Origin: an uncultured archaeon
Lineage (GTDB): Archaea > Asgardarchaeota > Hermodarchaeia > Hermodarchaeales > Hermodarchaeaceae
Assembly: GCA_964347045.1 (NCBI GenBank)
Contig: CAYFXC010000006.1
Coordinates: 100,425-142,664, forward strand
Direction of reading: 5' to 3'
DNA: 42,240 nucleotides
Position numbers and translations under genes: made by a program. Positions 1 through 8,732 of the stretch are shown here, in pieces; the stretch's first letter is position 1; each line of letters begins with the position of its first letter. The notes below the pieces were generated by a model. That model was not told the DNA's origin, ran no database searches, and worked only from the letters and a program-made list of their open reading frames with translations.

Positions 1-1
1 G

Positions 2-679
2 TTAATAACCGTATATTTCTTTAAGTATCTGCGAGGAAAAGAAGACAAAATTTCAAACCTAGCAAGAATTTGTAATAGACGGGGAGGAATCTTCCTACTT
101 GCGATCCCCTTGATCATTGTGGATGTAGCTACAATTCCGCCCTTTTTTATTTTCCCCTCCGGATACGGAGGCTGGAAATTGCCCACATATCTGATATTTT
201 TCATACTAGCGTATGTCGTAGCATCTGATTCACAATTCATCGAGTCCATAGACAAAAATGGCTTGATAGCGCTTATAGTAGGTATTATTACCAGCTTACT
301 TATTATTGGTGTTTTTGGAGTGTTTGGCCTAGACATCCTTGTCTCACCAACTGGTTATTTTACACTTACACCACTTTGGGCGTTCAATGGCTGGTGTTGG
401 ATTGTTGCCATACTCTTTCTGGGGCGGAAATTCCTCAGCTTCGATCACAAATTCCTAGGTCTCTCAAATGAACTCGTCTTGCCGTTCTATATTCTCCACC
501 AGACCGTGATCGTTGCAGTAGCCTTCTTTGTAGTCGGTATGACCACCATAGTAATTGTGAAATATCTCATCATCGTCTTTGCAGCATTTGCGATTATAAG
601 TCTCCTACTAATTCCCATCAGACAAATCAACGTGTTTCGGTTCTTATTCGGCTTAGGGTTAAAGAAAAAAAGTACATAA
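2..679 (+). CDS. Acyltransferase-3 family membrane protein (OpgC/MdoC-like), 5' truncated by the window edge
   Basis: Frame is open from base 2. Multi-TM protein with family motif 'NELVLPFYILHQTVIV' and C-terminal 'RFLFGL'. Confidence 0.8.
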   Translation, partial: LITVYFFKYLRGKEDKISNLARICNRRGGIFLLAIPLIIVDVATIPPFFIFPSGYGGWKLPTYLIFFILAYVVASDSQFIESIDKNGLIALIVGIITSLLIIGVFGVFGLDILVSPTGYFTLTPLWAFNGWCWIVAILFLGRKFLSFDHKFLGLSNELVLPFYILHQTVIVAVAFFVVGMTTIVIVKYLIIVFAAFAIISLLLIPIRQINVFRFLFGLGLKKKST

Positions 680-698
680 TTACAAAACTTTTCTCAAG

Positions 699-1020
699 CT
701 ATCTTCCTCTCTTTTCTTGATATGTTCCATACTCCATAACCGCTTCCTTGTCAAATGTAACCTGAAGTTTCATGCGTTGGTCATCCCGACTTCGTTTCCC
801 TGTTTCCGACCTGACCTCCACTAAGCCGTGATCGTATAATTCCTTGAAGACACGACCAAACTTTCCTCGTGAACCGTACAAGTCATATGTGTGCACTTGA
901 GGTACACTCTTGAATACTTGGGCTAGCTGGTAAAGGTGATGAGTATGGAAACATCCGTGTTCATCTACTTTATGAAAAAGGAGGCAGAAGGAGGTGGATT
1001 GATTTTTTCATAGGTAAGCC
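699..1020 (-). pseudogene. Decayed winged-helix-like gene fragment
   Basis: 'KFGRVFKELYDHGLVEVRSETGKRSR' looks like a wHTH recognition helix plus wing. The frame extends upstream of 896 to an in-frame TGA near 1008-1010 (AYL*KNQ), with no credible start. Confidence 0.35.
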
Positions 1021-1149
1021 GCGGCATGGTTGTTGGTGGAATAGCTGCTCTAGTCGTTCTATGCGGAATCTTCTGACTATTCTTGCCATCAATCTGGAAG
1101 TTAAGAATGATGGATTAGGTTTTTATGGAAATTAACAAATTCACCGGAG

Positions 1150-1340
1150 TGCTACTGACTATGGCGCAGGAAAGAAATCTTCTGCGACTAAACAGTAGTG
1201 AGAGGAATCCAAGCATGAATCCTCAAGAGCCCTCGTCTTAATCTTGTCAGTCTAGGGCTGTACCGTGATGTGTTTAGTTGTCCTTGGCTCCTTCGTGAGC
1301 CCAAGAACGAGGGAGCCACTACTTCCCCAAACAAACTGTA
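1150..1340 (+). ncRNA. Candidate structured RNA or leader upstream of cdhE
   Basis: TATA-like TTTTTATG at 1120-1127, then four consecutive hairpins (1151-1199, 1202-1224, 1228-1259, 1285-1318). G-U pairs favour the + strand. No long ORF. Confidence 0.45.
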
Positions 1341-1422
1341 TATGTGCACTAACTGAACCATAAAGGCTAATTATCTTAACTCAGTATATCAGAGTCTTAC
1401 TTGGAGCAATTGAGGCGTTCTC

Positions 1423-2835
1423 ATGGCGAAACGTGCAGGACCTATGGACATTTATCCTCTTCTTCCCCAGACAAATTGTGGTGAATGTGGTGAGGCAAAT
1501 TGTATGGCCTTTGCGACAAAGGCAGCTGAATATACACTTGGCATCAAGGCGTGTGCACCGCTATATCGAGAAAGAGAGTATGCTGAGAAATGTGATAGGC
1601 TCGAAGAGCTCATGCGTCCTCCGGTTAGAGAGATTCAAATCGGAACTGGAGAAAATAAAGTTTTGATAGGTGGAGAGCTGGTTCTATATCGTCATGATCT
1701 ACGTTATATGCATCCCACAGCTTTTTTTGTCGACGTGGCTGACACTGCAACTACCGCAAATATGAAGAACCGTGTCAAAGCAATTGAAGACTGGACATAC
1801 GTATACATCGGACTGGATCTAAGGCTGGATGGGATTGCTTTGCGATCGGTATCAGGAGATCCGAAAAAGTTTACAGAAGCTGCAAAGCGTCTTGGAGAAC
1901 TGACCAACTGGCCTATTATGCTATGTTCGCTCAATCCTAAAGTTTTAGCTGCAGGTGCAGAAGCTCTACAGGGTCGTTTTCCGCTACTCTATGCTGCAAC
2001 TATAGAAACGTGGCAGGAATTAGCTGAGATTGCACTAAAGTATCAATGCCCGCTCGTGGCTTATGCACCAGGTGATTTATCTGAACTCAAATCAATTGCT
2101 GCAACCTTGAACCAAATGGGAATTGATGTTGTGCTTGATCCAGGGAACGAGTTTGGCGCAGCTCTTGGAGCAACCGTTGATGATTTCAGCATGCTTCGTC
2201 GAGCAGCCACACGTGAAGGAGATGAAAGTGTTGGATTTCCATTGTTAGCTTCCCCTATCTCGGTATGGGGTGATTATAAGGAAGGAGAAGCCGAAGAGAT
2301 AGCCAAATGGCAAGAAACTCTTGCAGGCGCTTCAATGATTATTCGATATGCAGACATCATAGTACTGCATAGTCTAGATATGTGGGTTCAGCTACCCCTC
2401 ACTTTTCTCCGAACAAACCTCTACACTGACCCCGTGAAACCAGTTGCCGTTGAACCCGGGCTTCGCGAATTTGGAAATCCAAACGAAAATTCACCCGTCA
2501 TGTATACTTCGAATTTCGCGCTCACATATTTCACGGTTGAAAGTGACATCAAGCAAGCCGGAATTGATGCATATCTAGTCGTAGTTGACACAGAAGGGCT
2601 TAGCATCCAATCTGCAGTTGCAGGCAGAAAACTAACGGCTGATGTGATAGCGGAAGCCATCAAAGAGTCGGGTGTAGAGGAGAAGGTCAAGCACCGCATC
2701 CTCATTAGTCCTGGTATGGCTGCACGTCTTAGTGGTGAGACGGAAGAAGCGTCAAAGTGGACCGTCAAAGTAGGACCGAAGGATTCCAGTGGTATCGGCC
2801 CCTATATTGGCGATGAGCTTTGGAAGAAAGAATAA
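1423..2835 (+). CDS. cdhE: Acetyl-CoA decarbonylase/synthase gamma subunit (corrinoid Fe-S protein large subunit)
   Basis: N-terminal 'LPQTNCGECGEANCMAFA..C' [4Fe-4S] motif, TIM-barrel middle, 'YTDPVKPVAVEPG', 'TSNFALTYFTVESD'. Confidence 0.95.
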   Translation: MAKRAGPMDIYPLLPQTNCGECGEANCMAFATKAAEYTLGIKACAPLYREREYAEKCDRLEELMRPPVREIQIGTGENKVLIGGELVLYRHDLRYMHPTAFFVDVADTATTANMKNRVKAIEDWTYVYIGLDLRLDGIALRSVSGDPKKFTEAAKRLGELTNWPIMLCSLNPKVLAAGAEALQGRFPLLYAATIETWQELAEIALKYQCPLVAYAPGDLSELKSIAATLNQMGIDVVLDPGNEFGAALGATVDDFSMLRRAATREGDESVGFPLLASPISVWGDYKEGEAEEIAKWQETLAGASMIIRYADIIVLHSLDMWVQLPLTFLRTNLYTDPVKPVAVEPGLREFGNPNENSPVMYTSNFALTYFTVESDIKQAGIDAYLVVVDTEGLSIQSAVAGRKLTADVIAEAIKESGVEEKVKHRILISPGMAARLSGETEEASKWTVKVGPKDSSGIGPYIGDELWKKE

Positions 2836-2937
2836 CTTTGAAAGAATATCGCTCAATTTTCTCTTGTTTCAAATCAATCTTTGTAGGAGAAAAAACCAAA
2901 AAAATAGCAATAAGAATGCTTGTTTTCGAAGAAAGTG

Positions 2938-3951
2938 ATGCGTGAATCCATGAATCCCAATGATGAAGATCGTCCATCACCTGGTTTTGGACATCATTTT
3001 GAACATAGAGAAGGAGACCCTGCTTCCTATCGGAGAGTTGCAAGACAAAGACTTCTTCTTGGTATTGTATTAACGGGTTCAATGATGATAGTAGAATTAA
3101 TAGGAGGTATTTTCACTGGGAGCCTTGCACTTATTAGTGACGCAGGGCATATGCTAACACACTTTCTGGCCCTCCTAATCGCCCTGATAGCCATCTTCAT
3201 TGCAGCACGTTCTGCACCACGTCAATATACTTTTGGATACTACCGTATCGAAATTCTTGGTGGACTATTTAACGCAATTTTTGTTATCATTATAAGCATT
3301 TTCATTCTTCTTGAGGCTATTCACCGGATTTTCAATCCTGTACCCGTTGCAGCGTTTGAACTCCTTCTAATTAGTATTCTAGGGTTACTTGTGAATCTTG
3401 CAACTATGTTCCTGCTCCATGGAAGTAGTCAAGGAGACCATAATGTAAAAGGAGCGTTTCTACATGTTATCGGTGATACCTTCTCTTCAGTTGGCGTTAT
3501 CATTGCGGCTTTTATCATTATGTTTACTAGATGGGTGTTTATTGATCCTATTATGAGCTTTTTTATTGCAATTATTATTCTCATTTGGGGAGTTCAACTA
3601 ATTCGCACAACCACCGCAATTCTCTTACAGTCCGCTCCGAAGGATTACGATATAAGCGGGCTAGAAAAAGAAATCATGGACCATTTTCCCGAAATCCATC
3701 ACATCCATGATTTACATCTCTGGGAACTCACTTCAAGGATTTACTGTATGTCCGTGCATATTATCGTCACTGAAGATTGTTCGGTTGCTGCAACGCAGAA
3801 ATTAATTGATGATGTAAACCATTTCCTCAATGAAAAGCATGGAATACAGCATACTACTATCCAAGTAGAATGTCACGCTCTGAATTCAGAAGAAGAACGA
3901 AACAATTTCGTTCCATCAACAGACCCAAATCGACATGGTCATCAACACTGA
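2938..3951 (+). CDS. Cation diffusion facilitator (ZitB/CzcD-like Zn/Co/Cd exporter)
   Basis: 'SLALISDAGHMLTH', 'TFGYYRIEILG', 'GAFLHVIGD', 'IHDLHLW', 'HTTIQVE'; His-rich termini. Start uncertain (2920/2938/2950). Confidence 0.93.
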   Translation: MRESMNPNDEDRPSPGFGHHFEHREGDPASYRRVARQRLLLGIVLTGSMMIVELIGGIFTGSLALISDAGHMLTHFLALLIALIAIFIAARSAPRQYTFGYYRIEILGGLFNAIFVIIISIFILLEAIHRIFNPVPVAAFELLLISILGLLVNLATMFLLHGSSQGDHNVKGAFLHVIGDTFSSVGVIIAAFIIMFTRWVFIDPIMSFFIAIIILIWGVQLIRTTTAILLQSAPKDYDISGLEKEIMDHFPEIHHIHDLHLWELTSRIYCMSVHIIVTEDCSVAATQKLIDDVNHFLNEKHGIQHTTIQVECHALNSEEERNNFVPSTDPNRHGHQH

Positions 3952-3975
3952 TTGGCTACTAATCATTCATCTTTG

Positions 3976-4416
3976 TTAAGTCAAGGTTTGCTCAAATGTA
4001 TGTAAGATCTGTTCCTGTTCATATGTTTCAATAGAGTTTGGGCGCTTCTCTCGAACTTCAAGAATGGCTTCATCAGCTGAGGCACCTTCACTGATAAGAT
4101 AGGCTGCAAGCAGTGTACCTGTTCTGCCCCATCCCATGAAGCAATGGATTGCTACGGGTTGGTTCTTAACCCGATTAATATTTACGAGAGCTACGAAATC
4201 ATTGAGTTGTTGGAGAGTAGGAGTTCCGTATGGAGGAACAGGATAATAGTGATATTCAAGACCCACTTGTTTAACGAGAGCTTCGTCTAGAGATTCTTCC
4301 ATAGCCGTAACGAGAACTTTGATTCCAAAGTTGATGAGATGCTCAAGATCTTCTCGTCCTCGGGGCATACTAGAGCCAGCCAGTACATCCGGAATTAGGT
4401 AGCTGAAATTAAGCAT
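3976..4416 (-). CDS. Dual-specificity protein phosphatase (DUSP23/CDC14-like)
   Basis: P-loop HCFMGWGRTGT; N-terminal 'NFSYLIPDVLAGSSMP'; C-terminal 'KRPNSIETYEQE'. Confidence 0.9.
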   Translation of the reverse strand: MLNFSYLIPDVLAGSSMPRGREDLEHLINFGIKVLVTAMEESLDEALVKQVGLEYHYYPVPPYGTPTLQQLNDFVALVNINRVKNQPVAIHCFMGWGRTGTLLAAYLISEGASADEAILEVREKRPNSIETYEQEQILHTFEQTLT

Positions 4417-4685
4417 GAGATGTGATTCCAGTTATGTTGTTTTTTTCGGCCAACGAGGTATTCTGCTATTCCATAGCAGACATTGGGATCTCCTTTTGGG
4501 ATGAATTGAGAGACGATTTCCAAAATGTTGGTTTCTCGTCTTGGTTTGGATTGGAGGGGTGGGTATACCATGGTTTGGAGTTTTGTTGAGTCGAGTTGCC
4601 ATTTCTTTTTCTGTTCATCAGTGAAATGTATTTTATATCCTAGAAGGATGTTGCATTTAAGGATTCTAGTGCAACCAGCTTGGAC

Positions 4686-7600
4686 TTAAAGGCGTTCATC
4701 CAATTCGCGCAGTTGTTCCAGCATTTTCAACCGATCAGTGATATCGCGACAGATTCCACGGAACCCCAAGAGTTCACCATCTTCATTGAAGACTGGGCGA
4801 CCGCGGGCTTCAAGGATTACATCCGTGGCTTCTCTATGAACCATTTGAATGACTATAGTTCGAATAGGTTGTCGTCGCTCCTTGAGTTCAGTCCAAGTGT
4901 TCTGTGCACGACTCACATCTTCGGGGCGTAGGAAATCACAAGGCGTTCGTCCTAAAACTTGACCGGCTGAAAACCCAATTATGTCCTCAACAGCATTGTT
5001 TGTGTACACAAATTTTCCAGATAGGTCCATTTCCCATACCCAATCGGAAAGGTCTTCGACCAAAGCGCGGAACCGTTCTTCTGATTCTTGTAAAGCCGCT
5101 TCGGCTTCCTTTCGTTCAGTAATATCGATATAGGCCGCTTGAACGGCTGGTTCCCCTTGATATTCAATTCGGTGAGCGAAGATTTCAACCCAAAGAATCG
5201 TGCCATCTTTTTTCAGCATTCGGTATTCATACTGTTGTGGTACATCCTTCCCTATTAATCGATCTTCAGCTCGACCAATCACCAGTTCTTGGTCAGATGG
5301 ATGGATGATTTCCTTTATTCTCTTAGGAGACATTGCAAGGAGTTCTTCAACAGAATACCCAATCATGTCTGCAAAAGCCTCGTTAGCAAAGAAGAAACGA
5401 AGAGGAGGACCTCGAGAAATTATAATACCGAACAATTATTGTTCAACGAGAGTACGATATTTTTCCTCAGATTCAGTGATAATCTGTTCAGCTCGTTTTC
5501 GTTCCGTTACATCCCATAGTGTAACTTGAATAGCGGATTTTCCTTGATAATCAATCAGTTTCACCCAGATTTCGAGCCATCGAGTTCTTCCATCAGGGGA
5601 AATAACACGGATTTCATAGCGATCAGGAACTTCTTTTCCTGCAAAACGATCTTGAAATCGCTCTTGAACCCATTCTCTATCTTTGTGATGAACGCGTTCC
5701 CAAAACGCATTCGGGGGCATATCAAGGAGTTCTTCGGAAGTAATATCCACAACCTCTTTCATCTGTGGGTTGGCAAACACAATGCGATTATCTTGCAGAA
5801 TGATAATTCCTTGAAGTGATTGCTCTACCAATGCGCGGTATTTAGCCTCAGATTCGCGTACTGCATCTTCACTACGTTTCCGGTGAGTAATATCCTCTAA
5901 AGCGCCTTCATAGTATTCTACCGTTTCATCCTCCCCACGAATTGCTCGTATTGTCAGTTCAACCCATATTCTCTCTCCGTCTTTTCGCTGAAATTCTGCT
6001 TGAACTCCTGTTACAACATCCTCTCGGGCAATAGTGACTTTCCATTGTTTTCTAGCCTCAGGATTGACATAGAAGCTTGAGGCATTTAGTTGAAGAAGAG
6101 TTTCTTTTTTCTCAAATCCTAATATTGCAACTAAAGCTGGGTTCACATCAAGAATAGTGCCATCGGGTGTTGTTCGATATAAACCGATGGGAACACTATC
6201 AAAAAGTTGGCGATATCTAGCTTCTGCTTCTTTGCGTTCACTTATATCCCGAATTACTCCAATGAATGCGGTGGGATTGCTATCGGCATCTTTCAAGAGG
6301 GCGGCGTTGAGTTCGGCGGAGTATAGTGTGCCATCCCGTCGAAGAAGATTGTATTCCAAGGTTCCTGAAGTGCCTTTTTCTAGAGTCTTTTGCATATTCT
6401 CCATAGCGAATGGAATATTTTCTGGGGAAATCAAATCAAATGCACTGAGACCAATCAACTCGTTTTCTTCATCCACTCCGTATAATTTGAGGGCTTGTTG
6501 ATTAACCATAATGATTTTGCCTTCCAAATCAGTAACGGTTATTGCATCTGGAGATGTTTCAACAAGTGTTCGATATTTTTCTTCACTCTCTCTGAGTGCA
6601 AGTTCAGCTTGTTTTCTCTCAGTAATATCCCTTGCCACACTTTGAATATGGAGAGGTAAGCCTTCCGCATCAGTAACTAGCGCTGCGTTGATTTCTACTG
6701 GAAATTCTTCACCAGTCTTTTTAACAAAAATGCGTTCATAAACCGGTACAGGATCCCCTGCAATTAATGCTCTAAGGACACGTTTACTGTCAGAATACTC
6801 ATCTTTTGCAACCACTTTCTCAACTGGTATGCCAATTAGTTCATCCAAGGTAAAGCCAAGTAATTCAGCGGCGCGTTGATTAGCCTCGAGAAGTTTCATA
6901 TCAAGCGATACTATGAAGACTGCATCATTGGTACGTTCAAAAAGTGCACGATATCGTCGTTCTCGTTCTTTGAGAGCCATTTCAGCTTGTACTCGTTCTG
7001 TAATATCTTCTAAAGATCCTTCGTAATATTGAATAGCACCATCCTCATCACGAATTGCCCGAAAGGTGTCATGCACCCATATGATTTTTCCATCTAGCTG
7101 TTTGAATTCAACGTCATGACCGGTGACGATTCCTTCCCGCCCAAGAATATCTTCAAATTGCCTACGTTCACTTCGGTCGACATAGAAGTCAGAAGCGTTC
7201 ATTTTTAATAGTGCATCTTTATCCTTTGCTCCAAGGAGTTTAATTAGAGCAGGATTTGCATCGATGATGTCACCTTCGACTGATGTTCGATACAAACCTA
7301 TGGGCAGCTCATCAAATAATCCACGGTATCGAGCCTCTGATTCCTGGAGTTTTATATCAGCCTCTTGCCGTTCAGTAATATCAAGAAAGGTTGCTTGAAT
7401 GGCTGGCTCTCCATTAAATTCAATTATCGTGACAAACATCTCAAGCCATCGTTCGACTCCATCTTTTCGAATGCCCTTAAATGAATAATGCGATGGAACT
7501 GGTTTTCCTTCTAGCCGATCTCGCATCCGACCCCAGACCCGACCTTGGTAATCGGGATGAACACTAGCTTGGACCTGTTTTGGTGTGAGTGCCAGTAATT

Positions 7601-8117
7601 CATCGATTGTATATCCACTCATATCCGCAAAGGCTTGATTTGAAAAAACCACACGCATATTTTGAATAATGATGAGCCCCTGAAGAGATTGGTCGACAAG
7701 TTCGCGGTATGCTAGTTCAACACGTTTTTGGTCAGTTGTATCAGCTACCATCGCAAGGATTGCTGGTTTTTTATTGATTGTTATACCACGTGGGAGGACT
7801 TGGAGCCATCTTACCCGCCCTTTTTTGTCTTTAATACGAATATCATAGAATTTAGTTTTGATTTCACCACCTACGGCAGACTTCAATCTTCGACTAGCTT
7901 CAATTTTATCTGCATCAGCAACAAATTGCATGAAATCATCAGCTTTCATCTTATGCAGGTTAGAAAGAGAGAAGCCGATGAGTTTGGCAAGCTCGCTATT
8001 CGCAAAAAGAACCTGATCATCCTGAATCACGATGATCCCAAGTGGTGACTTATTTGCTATTGTTCTGAACATGGCGAGATCCGGATTTGTAGAAGAGGAT
8101 TGTTCGTTAGAGGGCAT
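4686..8117 (-). CDS. Multi-PAS (9 PAS/PAC) sensor protein without output domain, interrupted by one in-frame TAA at 5436-5438 (ORFs 5436-8117 and 4686-5435)
   Basis: Nine 'E.+YR.LV/F...DITER'-type units. The two ORFs abut in frame and 'TLVEQ*LFGIII' matches 'LVEQSLQGIII' in the preceding repeat. SD GAGGTGA at 8124-8130. Confidence 0.88.
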
Positions 8118-8209
8118 GATGTTTCACCTCTAATAGACTCAGCGGGGAAAGTACCTTAGCTGCGCACACCTTTCGTTCCCCAAGCTTCGCAGAAGCTAAA
8201 TGATACTCT

Positions 8210-8237
8210 ATCGAAGATGGCATATATCTTCTTCGAT
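8210..8237 (-). promoter_or_regulatory. Promoter of the PAS gene embedded in an inverted repeat
   Basis: ATCGAAGA (8210-8217) / TCTTCGAT (8230-8237) flank a minus-strand GAAGAAGATATATG BRE/TATA-like element. Confidence 0.5.
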
Positions 8238-8732
8238 GAAAATATGAAGAATAGAAAGGGAATTAAGGTCACCTGAAATAGAGAAAGAACGCTTGTTGGT
8301 GGTCACAAAGTGGTTAAGGGTCGTGTCTGAAGGACCATAAATTTACTTGCGCTATAGGTCCATTCGATGTCTTGGGGGGACCCCATTTTCTGTTCGATTT
8401 GGAGACCGAGCTGTGCAAGCTCGCAAAGTTTGTCATCAGAGAGGGATAACAATTTACGTTTCTTAATTGGGGTCTCTAAAAATACTGTGCAGTCTTGATG
8501 ATTTTTTGGACGAGGGGTACTATGGGGGTTTTTTTGCCGAGTTGTCGGTCAAGGACTTTTAAGGGATTCTTCTGTAGTACAAAGGAATCGGGTATAACTT
8601 TCCTGGTAACACATATTGAGAACCTCAAATGAGAATCATTTAGCATGCTAGGTAACAAAAAGGCTTAACGGTCCTATAGGGTAAATATGGCGAATCCGAA
8701 GAGTGTCAAAATATAGAATTATGAGTCATAAC

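Noticed and set aside
1150-1340. Cobalamin riboswitch upstream of cdhE
   Set aside because: GCCACT and CTGTACC fragments are reminiscent, but the core AGGGAA..GGTG..AATCC, GCAACTGT and B12-box elements are not present in order.
2400-2835. HgcA mercury methylase
   Set aside because: The cap-helix region reads 'GLSIQSAVAGRK', not N(V/I)WCA(A/G)GK; there is no TM domain; full CdhE architecture.
4395-4685. Read-through extension of the PAS protein, or small ORF 4432-4602
   Set aside because: The frame stays open after the TAA at 4686 but contains no H-box or HATPase motif and is out of frame with the phosphatase. The 56-aa alternative ORF has no recognisable features.
5436-5438. Selenocysteine/pyrrolysine or genome-wide stop recoding
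   Set aside because: The codon is TAA, not TGA/TAG, TAA terminates many clear genes in this window, and a single TCA>TAA change explains it.
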